Shown here piece by piece: positions 17,575 through 28,887 of a DNA stretch of 64,000 bases. The DNA comes from an uncultured virus (IMG/VR IMGVR_UViG_3300032229_000206) (Duplodnaviria > Heunggongvirae > Uroviricota > Caudoviricetes). The translations under genes were made by a program, and so were the position numbers. Below the pieces are notes generated by a model, which saw only the letters and a program-made list of their open reading frames with translations, did no database searches and was not told where the DNA came from. The stretch's first letter is position 1, and every line of letters starts with the position of its first letter. The stretch lies in IMG/VR virus record IMGVR_UViG_3300032229_000206, one strand, 5' to 3'.

Positions 17575-19623
17575 TTATTGTTTAGGTACTTCGCAGTAGT
17601 CTGTTGAGCAGTATTTCTCACCGATTGCATCCGCTGCCATTCCCGCATAGACATCAGTAAAGTCAATAGGCAGTAACTTCATAGTAGATTTATCGTATTC
17701 TTCTTTAGTTATCTGTGTGTATGGCATTTGCGGGTAAGTCGCGTTCCCCATAGGTAGGAAGGAAACGGTTTTGAGTTGCCCGTCAAACATGTGTAACACT
17801 GTTCCCACGGCATCCTTTTCTTTGTCCGCGTCAAACGATACTGTAACGCTTACGCTGTTGTCCGACCAATGGCGTTGAGCCATAGCGGCAAGAGAAGTTT
17901 TTTCATATATAGAAACATCTTTCTCACTGCGTAGTGCGGAGCTATGGATAGGGAAGAAGACTACAGAAGTTGTTTTTGGAGATTCCGAAGCCTTTTCTAC
18001 TTTATAACCCGACGCTCTAAAGAGAGGTAGCATAGGGTCATCATTAGAAAAGCGGATTGCACGGTTAAAGTACTCTCCACCTGGCGTCCAGTGCACTCCA
18101 GGAGATTCTCCAGCAAGGATAGACACAGTTCCGCTTGGCTTCACAGTAGTAGTCTTAATAGATTCGCGGATACCTAGCCACTCTGAGTATGTGCGGTCAT
18201 AGTCTTGGATAACTTTGTAACCAGAGTCCATCCACTCACGGAGAGTTGGCAAGCCCTTGCGGTCTGCAAAGTTAGCAACACCAGACATAGAAGTTCCAAT
18301 GCGACGATTGCGTTGCATGATTGCGTTAGTTTCTTCCCAGTGAGTAGGAAGCAATGTCACGGTCTTTGCATACAGGTAGGCAAACTTTAGTGTGCGCTTG
18401 TAATCTTCAATAGAGTCGTGGCGGTTGAGGTAAGTTTCAACCAGAGTACAGCACTCAAAAGACTCCAATGATTGTTCGGCACACGGATTGTAACCAGATG
18501 CTCGATGGTCTTTGTTGTTAATTGGGTCAATAAGGCGACCATACTGACGGGTAACATCCATCCAGATAACCCCAGGCTCTCCGTTGAGAGAGATTCCGTC
18601 AATGATTCCAGAGAAGTCGTCTCCAACCTTTACCTCAACAGAGTTGTTAGACATCCATGCCCAACCAGGAGAGGCAGGGTCATAGGAGTTGCGTTCAGGA
18701 TATACGGCAGGGTTCTTTAAGTTTAAGAAGTCCTTATCGTCCAAACGACCCATGAGAAGTTCTGCTGAGCGGCGGACGTTGCCAGAGACAACGCAGACAC
18801 CGATGAGATTGCCTATATCCGCAATATCTTTGCGAGTTAACTTTTGAGTAGCCCGACCTTCAAATAGGTTAGAAATATAGTCGTGTAATTTAACGAGAGG
18901 CCCTGGACCAGCTGCAGTGCCGCCGAAGGTCTTGATTGGCTCTCCTTCAGGACGGATAAGTGTGTAATCAAATACCCATCTAGGCTGTTCTGGTTTTAAG
19001 TAAGAGTTAATCAACATACCTACTGAGTCCACCCATCCCTCGCGGGTATCTGGGATTTCCCAGACTTGGTGGTTAGCCTCATCTTTGGAAGGTGAGTAGA
19101 TAAGGAAGTCCTTATCTGCACCCTTGTCATCAAAGCCAACACCTACTCCTAGCATTGACGCTTCCATTAGGAAGGTAAACGGTTTAGCAGGGTCTAACTT
19201 AGTCATAGAAGCAGTGGAGACAAAAGAGCAGTTCTGAAGAGCCGCTGAGTTCTTTTGTTCATTCACTAGCGGAGTACCCATTACCCAGAGTCCGCGACCT
19301 GGGGGAGTCCACTTTAAGTTAAACAAACGGTCAAAGGCTTCCTTAGCCGAAGCCTGAGCTCGTGAGTCATTCCATGGAAGACGCTGAGACTTGCAGTGGT
19401 CTTTCTGGATTGAGTACATGCCTTCGATTACTCGTTGGCAAACATCAGTCCATGTCTCCTTAGTTCCGTCAGCCTTTAGACGAGAGTAGGTGCGGAGAAA
19501 AGTAATTTCACCGACGGAATTACCGCCAGCATCTCTGTATCCCCAAGGCACTTGTTTAGCACGGTACTCCTTTAGAAAGTCTTCGGCTAGTCGGAAAGAT
19601 AGTGCCATGTGTTCTCCATTCAT
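17575..19623 (-). CDS. nrdJ: Class II (adenosylcobalamin-dependent) ribonucleotide reductase
   Basis: FLRTYSR, PPGRGLW, GNVRRSAE, NPCAEQSL, TTVKPSGT, C-terminal YCSTDYC. Confidence 0.92.
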   Translation of the reverse strand: MNGEHMALSFRLAEDFLKEYRAKQVPWGYRDAGGNSVGEITFLRTYSRLKADGTKETWTDVCQRVIEGMYSIQKDHCKSQRLPWNDSRAQASAKEAFDRLFNLKWTPPGRGLWVMGTPLVNEQKNSAALQNCSFVSTASMTKLDPAKPFTFLMEASMLGVGVGFDDKGADKDFLIYSPSKDEANHQVWEIPDTREGWVDSVGMLINSYLKPEQPRWVFDYTLIRPEGEPIKTFGGTAAGPGPLVKLHDYISNLFEGRATQKLTRKDIADIGNLIGVCVVSGNVRRSAELLMGRLDDKDFLNLKNPAVYPERNSYDPASPGWAWMSNNSVEVKVGDDFSGIIDGISLNGEPGVIWMDVTRQYGRLIDPINNKDHRASGYNPCAEQSLESFECCTLVETYLNRHDSIEDYKRTLKFAYLYAKTVTLLPTHWEETNAIMQRNRRIGTSMSGVANFADRKGLPTLREWMDSGYKVIQDYDRTYSEWLGIRESIKTTTVKPSGTVSILAGESPGVHWTPGGEYFNRAIRFSNDDPMLPLFRASGYKVEKASESPKTTSVVFFPIHSSALRSEKDVSIYEKTSLAAMAQRHWSDNSVSVTVSFDADKEKDAVGTVLHMFDGQLKTVSFLPMGNATYPQMPYTQITKEEYDKSTMKLLPIDFTDVYAGMAADAIGEKYCSTDYCEVPKQ

Positions 19624-19716
19624 AAGGGGGGTCGTATAGTTTAGCGATGCGTTACAGCCCTTTTCAGACTGTGTGATTCCGTGCCTATTTAGTTGTTATT
19701 ATCATGATAATAAAAC

Positions 19717-21171
19717 TTACTTATCTTCGGTTAAATCCTTGATAATCTTTGTAGTTTCAGTCTCATTTAGACCGCCGTCTGGCAGTTCTTTTAGTGCCTG
19801 AGCCTTGTCTCCGAAGATGGAAGATAGCACACCTGAAGACCCTTGGCGCTCTACGGTCATGCGAATAAACTCACGTGAGTCGTCCAATTCTTTGGTGGTT
19901 TTTATAAGTTTGAATAGGCGGTCTATCTCTTGAGAAACGTTCGGGTCAGCGTATCCACCGTTCATTTCTTCAGCAAAACGCATAAAAGCAACGCGTTGCC
20001 CCTGCATTTCGATGATTGAGTTAATAAGACTCTTAAGTTGGTCTTTGGTCTTTACCTCGATTGGCAACTTAAAAGCACACACACTTTGGGGCTTGTAAGC
20101 AGGGCAGTTAGAGGCAATAAAGCATGTATCGCATGACCTAATTGTGGTTGCTTGGGATGAGATATGTGTGGTGTCTGAGATGACTCCATCAGCATCAACT
20201 TCGGTCTTTATCTCGTATCCGAAGACTGGTAAATTGCCCATTTCTTCTGGATTTCGTGGCATAAGTTTCCGCATCTGGATACCCTTATTATCAGCATTGG
20301 TTGGGGTCAGTTCCGCGTTATCTGACATGTTAGTTTCATCGTTATTATCATGATAAGAATCGCCCACTTTATTTATCCTAACCTCAAATTGTTCGTACGA
20401 CCATACTGCAAGACGACACACTTCCTGTGGGTCATCTTCAGCAATTTTATCTGCATCTATGCCAGCCTTCTCATACACGTGAGTGTAGCGTGAGCGAGCC
20501 TGCTCTTTCATACGCTTGGGGTAGCGCATAAGCCTAGTACCGTCCCAGACAATAGTTTCCCCGTGCATCATTGGCGATAGCCATGAGAGGGTGCTAGCGG
20601 TCTCAAAAGGCACAGAGCGTAGGTTGTCTGGTTTGGCACAGCCTAGCGCATGGAAGCGGTTTCCATTGCGCTTAGCCATAAGTCTTGTGACTGAAGCTAG
20701 ACGGGTCTCTACCTCGATTACATCGCCTGGTATGCCTATATCTAGGTACTTATCTCCCATGGATTGTAGGGTTTCTAACTTAGACTCTGGGTTCCAGACT
20801 GGCAAGAACTTACCTGGTGGCACCTGGGACCAAGCTGTGCGACGCTGCTCCTCCACGAAATCTGGGCTAACAAATGAAGAATTAATCTCAGCAAATATAG
20901 ATATGCGGTCTATATTCATGGCAATCATATGTTCGTAGGCAGCAGCAAACTCCTCGAGCTCTACCCTCGACAGGTTGATGTTCTTGGGTAACCCTGGGTA
21001 TACATAAATATAGGAATCCTTAGAAAAGTAGTTCTCTAATAGATATTCCTTGGTTTTAGGTAATCCGCGTTTTACAAGACCGTAGAAGCTCAGGCCCACG
21101 TGGTTAGCTGTGGTTGACTCTAGCAGTGTGCGGTTACTTGGAATCTCACATCCCAAATATACAATCCGCAT
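19717..21171 (-). CDS. Protein with a TGT/DpdA-like barrel signature and a C-terminal Cys4 domain
   Basis: FLPVW, RFHALGC...VPFETASTLSW resembles the HxLG...PFxSxDSxSW motif; CDTC...C...C. Confidence 0.45.
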   Translation of the reverse strand: MRIVYLGCEIPSNRTLLESTTANHVGLSFYGLVKRGLPKTKEYLLENYFSKDSYIYVYPGLPKNINLSRVELEEFAAAYEHMIAMNIDRISIFAEINSSFVSPDFVEEQRRTAWSQVPPGKFLPVWNPESKLETLQSMGDKYLDIGIPGDVIEVETRLASVTRLMAKRNGNRFHALGCAKPDNLRSVPFETASTLSWLSPMMHGETIVWDGTRLMRYPKRMKEQARSRYTHVYEKAGIDADKIAEDDPQEVCRLAVWSYEQFEVRINKVGDSYHDNNDETNMSDNAELTPTNADNKGIQMRKLMPRNPEEMGNLPVFGYEIKTEVDADGVISDTTHISSQATTIRSCDTCFIASNCPAYKPQSVCAFKLPIEVKTKDQLKSLINSIIEMQGQRVAFMRFAEEMNGGYADPNVSQEIDRLFKLIKTTKELDDSREFIRMTVERQGSSGVLSSIFGDKAQALKELPDGGLNETETTKIIKDLTEDK

Positions 21172-21647
21172 TACAAGGTCTTTTCAAATACCAAAATGCG
21201 TCGTTCGCCTAGTTCAGTACCAGCAACAGCTGTCCATAGGCGGCGGGTGTAATACTCTTCATTGGATGCATCTGTCCAAATATAGGCTTTCTCATAGTTA
21301 AATTCCTCTTTTAATTTAACTAAAGCCATTTCCATTAAATAGTTGCCAATACCTTGACCCCTAAAATCTTCAGATACGTACAGATTGCTTACCCAAGGAC
21401 CAAAAGCCCAACCATCTACCGCAGGCTCAGATTCTATAGATACAGCTCCAGCTAATTCATTATTTAACTTTGCAATAAAGGTTCGTGGAAGCCCTTCGGT
21501 GCTCTTAGCGTGAGACTCAAATTCAGATTGAAAATCATCCCCATCAAAGATATCTGGATATTGACTACCCCAGTAAGCCTGGTTCCAACTAGCAACCGTG
21601 TAGATAGTCTTTGGGTCGTCTTGTAGCAATTCAAATGATAATTTCAT
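21171..21647 (-). CDS. GNAT-family acetyltransferase
   Basis: VSNLYVSEDFRGQGIG acetyl-CoA motif A. Confidence 0.85.
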   Translation of the reverse strand: MKLSFELLQDDPKTIYTVASWNQAYWGSQYPDIFDGDDFQSEFESHAKSTEGLPRTFIAKLNNELAGAVSIESEPAVDGWAFGPWVSNLYVSEDFRGQGIGNYLMEMALVKLKEEFNYEKAYIWTDASNEEYYTRRLWTAVAGTELGERRILVFEKTL

Positions 21648-22102
21648 ACTCTTTCATCCTCCTGATATTGGTCCTGTTGGCGCTCTAGTTCTGTGGTTAT
21701 ATCAGACCATGAGCGAACGCCTTTTCGACTATCTGGTCTAAACTCTTCTTTTGCATATGTAGGGTTAAGAAACACTAATGTTGTAATGCCCTTTTCTAAT
21801 AGTTTAACTGTTAAATCAGGGTCGGATGTTATCACGTACTCTACTGGTCCTTGGGACTTTACCCACTCTACCTGACGTAATTTAGGGAAGTCTCCAGGCG
21901 CAGGTACATCTGCAATATCAACCAAATCATCCATGTTATTAATACGATGTTGTCGTAGCCAGTGGTCGCTTTTTTCTTTGTCTTCACACATGACTAAAAC
22001 TCTATTTTTTTCTTTTAATATCCTATACAGAGCCATGCCATCAGCAATAGGAAATGCTTTGTCGTTGCGCAAAACACCTTCCATAAATAATAAAATTGCC
22101 AC
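21644..22102 (-). CDS. HAD-fold-like protein (catalytic DxD degenerate)
   Basis: ILLFMEGVLR resembles HAD motif I (hhhDhDGVL). Confidence 0.5.
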   Translation of the reverse strand: MAILLFMEGVLRNDKAFPIADGMALYRILKEKNRVLVMCEDKEKSDHWLRQHRINNMDDLVDIADVPAPGDFPKLRQVEWVKSQGPVEYVITSDPDLTVKLLEKGITTLVFLNPTYAKEEFRPDSRKGVRSWSDITTELERQQDQYQEDERV

Positions 22103-22123
22103 GATTAGTGCTCCTTATTGGTA

Positions 22124-23053
22124 TTAACGTTTATTACTTAATGCACGTCTAATTAGCGTATCGGCAGTTGGCAGTTGTTGTCCGTAGGTTTGCTCTTCAA
22201 ATTGTTGTTTAGTCATAGTAGCAATCTCTTTCAATTGCTTTAATGCCTGCACAGTACCAGATGCTTTGCCTGCTTGCCAACGGTAGTTATGAGCATCAGC
22301 ATATCCCTGTCCACTAGGGCTAAATGCGTATTTTCTACCTTGATGTATATCTTCAAATAAAGACGAGCCTTGTTCTACCGCTAGTTTTAATGCGGCTTCA
22401 GCATTACGACGTGCCGTATCTGTACTGGCTGCGCCAATATCACTTAACGCACGTGAGTATCGTGAAAGTATTTCTAACGCCAGTGACTTATCAGAATCTA
22501 CTTTTCTATCCCACTGCTTGTTAGATGGTGCACCTTTAAGTTCTGGCTGTACGGTCCAGTCATCGTTTGTTAATGAGTAGGCAGCGTATGGTTTGATGTT
22601 GCGAATGTCTGACTGAACATTAACATAGAATGTAAGTTCAAAAGAATCTAGGAAGTTGTTAGTTGTTGGGTGTAGCTCTTGAAAAGTTTCATTAAACAGC
22701 TGTGATATTTGTTTATCGCTTAGCGCTTTGTATTCTGAATTAGATTGACGGAATTGTAGATAATTTACGCCAATCAAACAGTCTAGGTCAGCTGGTTTAC
22801 GAGCTGCAGACCACTGATAGGACACGGCAGAGCCCGCTAACCAAATGTGGATATAGGCTTCTGGGCTATGAAAATGGTTTTTAAGGTGCTCTAGCAGTAT
22901 GCGAAACACCATTGAACGTACCGATGGAATCAACTTGCCATCGCGGAATAATCTAGGGTCTAACCCCGCGCCTGGTTTTGTAAAGTAAGAAGTCTCAGAT
23001 GGCTCTACGGATACAGGTCGCGCCTGCGCAACAAGGGCATCGTAGAAGTTCAT
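22124..23053 (-). CDS. Pol-beta-superfamily nucleotidyltransferase
   Basis: LAGSAVSYQWSAARKPADLDCLIG fits hG[GS]x9-13DhD; later ELTFYV. Confidence 0.7.
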   Translation of the reverse strand: MNFYDALVAQARPVSVEPSETSYFTKPGAGLDPRLFRDGKLIPSVRSMVFRILLEHLKNHFHSPEAYIHIWLAGSAVSYQWSAARKPADLDCLIGVNYLQFRQSNSEYKALSDKQISQLFNETFQELHPTTNNFLDSFELTFYVNVQSDIRNIKPYAAYSLTNDDWTVQPELKGAPSNKQWDRKVDSDKSLALEILSRYSRALSDIGAASTDTARRNAEAALKLAVEQGSSLFEDIHQGRKYAFSPSGQGYADAHNYRWQAGKASGTVQALKQLKEIATMTKQQFEEQTYGQQLPTADTLIRRALSNKR

Positions 23054-23060
23054 CTACGTA

Positions 23061-26000
23061 TTATAGTTCTTTTTCCTTCTTTTCCTTGTACATAACGTCG
23101 GTTTCAAACTCAAATTTACGATGCTTCTCTGGTGCATCCATGCGAACAGGGTTCATATACCCACATTGCTGGTGCGCACTAACAAATTGTTGAGCCCACA
23201 TAATGATGAGCGACTCATTAGCGGCATCAGAAACGTCCGCTTGAAAACTCGCTACACAATTACATGTCATCTCGATGAACGCCATGATTGCCGCCTATCC
23301 CTAGTATGTAGTTACAGTATAGCCTGAGTTACAGCCAACTGTAAGGGTTACTTAGGCTGGGTATCTTGGGAAGAAAGCACGTCTTTGACCATAAGAAGCA
23401 CTTGATGGGCAATATCGGTGTTATTCATGCTGTCGGTGATGTCTCTACACCCATGCTTGATGTCTTCCATCTCGGCTGGACGCTCAATCTTAGGTCGAAG
23501 GTTAAGGTTAGCGGTTGCATACCACCCAGCGTTGTTAGGGCGTTTAATAACTAGGAAGGCTGTTGTGCCTTCTTCTGGGGTACCCAATACCTGCTCTGGA
23601 GTAAGTTCGATGTTGATATCTTCTGCGTCGATAATTTCTTCGTGGTTTGACATTAGTTGTATAGTCCTCTCGATTGATATGCTCGCTTTTGGTTGTACAT
23701 CTTAACAGGGCAAAAGTCACAAAGGTGAATCTTTGTATTAGTAGCAGCTAAGCCTGCTTCTTTTCTTTCTTTATTTGTATCTGGCTTTAATTCTTTGCGG
23801 TCTGACTTGTAGTCTGGGCATTGACCCTTAGGGCGGTTATGTATAGCGTAGCAACTCATAGCATCCGCTGAGTATGTGTCTTTAACGTTATAAAAATTAG
23901 TACCCAAGATGTCTAGTCCTTTAGAACCACCACCTAGAATCTGCTCTTTAATCTGGTTTAAAATCTGCTCTTTAAGTGGGGCATTACCCATCCATGCAAC
24001 AGTAAGGCAGTCAGTTAGTACACCAAAGTGCCCTGCTTGTTGGCAGTCACCAATATACATATCAATAAAAGGATTATCGGATTGGTCATAGCGACCCTCA
24101 CCCAATGCTTTACCAGTCTTGGTATATGGAATTTCTTGGATAGTCTTACACTGCTTACATACAAGCAGGTTCATTCTATCTGGCTCTAGTTCGTCAATGA
24201 TGTTACCCATGACGGTAGCCTACCACACTAGATTAGTCTTCTGCCAGCCGTTCTTTACGTAATCTGGCTCTTTCGGCTTTATCCGCTGCCTCTGCGTCCG
24301 CCTTCTTTTTCTTCTCCATCTCAATAGACTCTGGAGTAATGCGGGCGTTACCACCAACAAATAAAGATGCAATCTCTGACTTAGGGTCTGATGTAATTCT
24401 ATCTGCTACGGCTTTAACAGGGCTGGCAGGCTTTGTAGGGCGTGGAGCCACTGGACGTACGCCAGGCTTCTTTGAGTCTTTTTCAGACGCACGTGGAGCA
24501 GGTATGACTGCTCCAGAAGGTTTTGGACCTTCGTAACGCTTTTTTCCCCCACCCATTTCAGCTGCTACTTCAAATTTTTTAGCATTTTCTGATTTATATG
24601 CAACATTTGCTGGCAAAGATACTGCGCCACCTTCATGAAAAGTTAAATCTCCAATACCGCCATTATCGTAAAGATGTTCTAGTAAGTCTTTATGAAAAGG
24701 GTTTTTCATGTCAAGCTTAAACCCTCTATGGCGAGAAACATTGTCAGGCTCACTTGTAAAAGGCTTAATAGTCTTTGACAATTCAGTTGTTTCTTTGCTA
24801 AATTGACGACCACCTACTTTTGGTTCTGGCAACGCTGCTACAGACTCACGCAAGCTATCGCGTTTTGCCGCATTAGCGGTAATCTTTCCAATATCTTTTA
24901 ATCCCATTACTTGCCCTTTGCTGGGTCTGTATTAATTTTAATAACTTCTTTTTTACGGGCAAACGCACCTGTTGAATTAAATTTATTACGCGTTTCACCA
25001 AAAGATGTGGAATCTTTTGCTGCTTCGCCAGACTTAGCGCGGTTGGTTAACGCCGTGCTTACTTCGTTATAGTCTGCTGGTGACTGTTCCCAGCGCCAAT
25101 TTCTACTTCCTGCTGGTGGCTCTGCTGGGCGTGTTCGTACACCGTTTTTAGCAGGTCCAGAAAAACCATGTAAAACGTTCATCTCTCTAAGACTGTCAGG
25201 CCCAGTACTACGACCAAAAGTTAATGCGCTATCTTTTAAACGTGCTTCTATTTGAGGTACACGACTAGGGTCGTATGCGCGGTCGTATGCTTCAGCCATT
25301 AACTTGGCTCTTTATCTGACATCACAGCTTTAGTTTTTCCTAGACGCGTACCACTTATAGGCATGCTAGTTGACTCGCCTCTTGATATTTGGTTACCATG
25401 ACCATCTGAAGCATATATATTTGTTAATCTTTTTCCGCCAGCTTCAACCTTAGTAGAAACACTATCTCCGCCTTTAACCATATCAAAGCCAGCCATGTCA
25501 GACACGTAGTCTGCGATATTCTTTGCTTTATCTTGATGTGGCTTTTGACGTCGTTCCTCTGCTCGTCTGTCAAGCTCTTCGTTACTTGCTTTATCGCCTT
25601 TATAAAAGATGTTTGGACGACGCTTAGGGTCGTACTCTCTACGTGGCGCAGCCATTAGTTGCTCCCTGGATTTACCTTTGCTGGTTCTTCAGAGTTAATG
25701 AAACCATAGTTCATGTATGGATGCAAGCCTGCGCGATTTTTCTGTACAAGCTCGTCACCAGATGCTGGGGCTACAGTTGTATTAGGGCGACGCTTACGGT
25801 ACTTACCGTCAGTTGCACCTTCATTTAGTTCAGCGTTCTGTGAACGTGAGATGTTAACTGTCATTGGGACATCCGTCCTTTCAATAGTTTTTGGGCCCGA
25901 CGGCGATTGCATGTAGGGCAATTGCTTTGGTCCTTTAGCGATTGTACTGGGTTCATAGTAGAACCACAGCCTTTACAAGTCTTAGAACCGTTATAAATGG

Positions 26001-27380
26001 TGTTTTTAAGCTGCTGTTGCGTACTTAAGGCCACGTCTGTAGCTCCAGCCATGCCTTCTCCTGTGCTATCGGTGAATAACCCTGGGTCTTTACTCATTAC
26101 TTGTTCTCCTCAAGAGGCCGACCAGCGGTTTCATTCATAAAAGCCTTTGCTCGGCTTTCAGCTTTAGTAACATTTTTATTAAAATTCTTTAATTTATTGC
26201 CTGGAACGGGGAAACTACGAATTTCTCCAATGTCGTCACTAGCTTCTATTGCAGGTTTTCTACCGTCTTTTACAAGTTTAGATGTTCCCTCATTAACCAT
26301 TACACCTTTTGCTCTATATTCAGGGTTAGGTGCTGGATAAGATTTTCCGTATGTTTTTTCAGGCGCAGACTCAATCTTTTTTTCTAATTTTTTTACACCA
26401 GCAGATGTTTTTGTAGACTTTTTACCCATTAGATTGTGTTTCCTAACGTGTTGCGGCTAGTGCTCTGATTACTAGCAGGGGCTTGTGAGAAGTCTGATTC
26501 TACACGCTGAGCGCTGCGAGCACCAGGCAACCCGATGACATCTTCAATAGTTAATTCTTGGTCTGTATAGCCATATCTATCTGGAAATAGGTTAATCTGA
26601 GGTAGATTAGGTCGAACTAATTCTTGTAGTTCCGCACCGCTCATAGTCCATGTTGCCAAAGACTGGTTAAGTAGGCGGTCTTGATTAGACTGAAATGGTC
26701 CTAGATATTCCTGTGGAGGAAATGCTGCTTCTTCTGGCGTGTTAATTCCAGGACGGTCTTTATCCCATGGCTTATGACCATAGCGACCATCTGCATATTT
26801 ACCTGGCATTTTACTTCCACGCTGGTTTCATACGAGCCATCTGGTCTTGACGAGCCTGATTGATTTGCATAGGCGAATCGCTCTTAACTGTTGGACCTGC
26901 TTTACCATCGTTAGGAAGGTGTGGAGCAGGAACTAACTTAGCAACTGGTGCGTGACGTGTTGAACGATACACATTGCCATCTAGTGCAGCTTTCATCTGA
27001 CGACTAATACCTGCGTATGGTTCTAAACCTTCTGGGTAATAATAACTTTGCATATCAATACGTTCACCTTTGTGAACGCCACGCTGATATGAGCGTTGAC
27101 CAATACGTACTTTAAGGCTATCTAATACATTTTCTGATTGACCGTTAGGACGACCGCGGTCATCACGACGTGTGCGGATAGTTCCTAAATAACCATCTGG
27201 ATATTCTGCAGAAGGTTGACGACCAACACCCATACGCAAGTGGTCAAGTTCACCACGTGCAACAGGAGTTCCACCTCCACCATAATTGGTGTAGGTTCCT
27301 GACATGCCATTGGCACCTAGGTTCTGGGTGTTTTGATTAGGATTTGCCATACCACTATGGTAAGCGGTTTTCTCCCGCAA
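23061..27380 (-). CDS. Block of about 11 hypothetical proteins (23061-23285, 23348-23653, 23653-24210 Cys-rich, 24233-24907, 24907-25299, 25299-25655, 25655-about 25864, 25861-26097 Zn ribbon, 26097-26429, 26429-26809, 26811-about 27350)
   Basis: ORF track; TAATG coupling; no family recognised. Confidence 0.6.
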
Positions 27381-28563
27381 GTACTGCTAAATCACGGCGT
27401 GGGTCATAACCTTCGCCTACTACTAAAGAAACAATACCTGTTGGTGATTCTAGCCCGCTCTTGTCACGGAACCAAGCACTTCCGCCATCCATGGCAGGCA
27501 CTTGAATCCATAAACGTGGGCCAACTTGGTCAGCGCGGAAGTGGTGGAAGTGACCAGTTAACAAAACATCAGCTGAACCTACTGGTGTACGACCAGTTGC
27601 CTGTCCTGCAATCCACTTACCCATGTCTTTAGCTTGGTGACCGTGTGCCAAACCAATAATAGTTCCACCTAAATCAATTGCAAGTGTTTGATGGTCTGGC
27701 TTTGGATACATAAATTTAACATGTGACAACGCTGGGTTTTCTGCACACGCATCTTGCACAGCAGCTACAACCTCAATCTGCCATGAGTCAGTTGGGTCAA
27801 TCATCATGATGCGATGTGGCTCATCATGGTTTCCAGGAACAACTGGAACAATTAATTCTTCACATAGTGGGGCAAACGCCTTTACCCATGCCATAAGGAT
27901 GCGTCGACCAAGGCGAACCTGTTGAGTAACACCTAAATCACTGCGCCCAATTACCATTCCTTTTTGTGAACTTGTACCCTCAATGCAGTCACCTAATTGT
28001 GGGAGTACAACTGTGCCAATCTTACGACCAAGCTTTAGTAGCTCTTTGTGACGTGCCACAGACTCTTCAATACCAAGCATAACTCGTGCAACTGTTGCTT
28101 CTGTTCCACCGCCTGCATCCTTGCCATACTGTGTGTCACCAATTGCATAAATAGCGTACAAAGGACCAGTCGTTGTTTCTGTTTTTCCTGGCTTCCACTT
28201 ACTAATATCTGCAACTAATGCGTCGTAATCTAAATCTTTACCGTTAATAAATTGGTCTGCTGGCTTTACGTTAACTCGTGCAGCCTCTAACCACTCTCCG
28301 TCATAACGTTGCCAACGACTCTTACGAATACTTACAACTGTCCATACTGCTGGGTCTAAATCAAAATCTTTAAATAACTCTACTGCATCTGGTAGCTCTC
28401 CTGCTGTACGTGGTGTGGATACAAAAAATCCACCATCTGTACCAATGTCCATACGCGCTCTAAACTCTGGTGGCGTATTGGCTCTCTTTACTTCTTCTTC
28501 TGCGCCGTTTAATTCGGCATTAATTAATGCTTTAGTAATAGCGTTTAATTTCGACATGTGCAA
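27355..28563 (-). CDS. Calcineurin-like metallophosphoesterase / nuclease
   Basis: GDTQ, LGDCIEG, PGNHDE, AHGH, GHFHH motifs. Confidence 0.85.
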   Translation of the reverse strand: MHMSKLNAITKALINAELNGAEEEVKRANTPPEFRARMDIGTDGGFFVSTPRTAGELPDAVELFKDFDLDPAVWTVVSIRKSRWQRYDGEWLEAARVNVKPADQFINGKDLDYDALVADISKWKPGKTETTTGPLYAIYAIGDTQYGKDAGGGTEATVARVMLGIEESVARHKELLKLGRKIGTVVLPQLGDCIEGTSSQKGMVIGRSDLGVTQQVRLGRRILMAWVKAFAPLCEELIVPVVPGNHDEPHRIMMIDPTDSWQIEVVAAVQDACAENPALSHVKFMYPKPDHQTLAIDLGGTIIGLAHGHQAKDMGKWIAGQATGRTPVGSADVLLTGHFHHFRADQVGPRLWIQVPAMDGGSAWFRDKSGLESPTGIVSLVVGEGYDPRRDLAVLAGENRLP

Positions 28564-28775
28564 TAGTTCCTTAGGTGTGAGCGGAAAGCGGTTAGTTTAA
28601 ATGGCAATTCAATTTCTTTGTTTAAATCCTTATATAAAGATGCAACTACTACTTTATTGTTATTACGCAGTTCAATAAATGCATCTTGTTCTTCTTGAGG
28701 TAACTCGCTTATCCACTGATTTACAACGCATATAACGGGTTTTGTTGTTAAGTGTTTATTTAATACGTCTAGCAC
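28545..28775 (-). CDS. Hypothetical protein coupled to the phosphoesterase
   Basis: C...HLRNYCTC; overlaps the next start. Confidence 0.55.
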   Translation of the reverse strand: MLDVLNKHLTTKPVICVVNQWISELPQEEQDAFIELRNNNKVVVASLYKDLNKEIELPFKLTAFRSHLRNYCTCRN

Positions 28776-28845
28776 GAGCTCTCCTTGTCGTCATCGTGAT
28801 TTAAGCAATACCAGCCTAACACAGTATTTGAGTATGCACAATGAA

Positions 28846-28874
28846 AAACCCCCACCTAAATTAGGTGGGGGTTC
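28846..28874. terminator. Intrinsic terminator after hsp20
   Basis: AACCCCCACCTAA/TTAGGTGGGGGTT with an A-run on the left (U tract on the minus strand). Confidence 0.8.
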
Positions 28875-28887
28875 TTGGTTGACAGCC

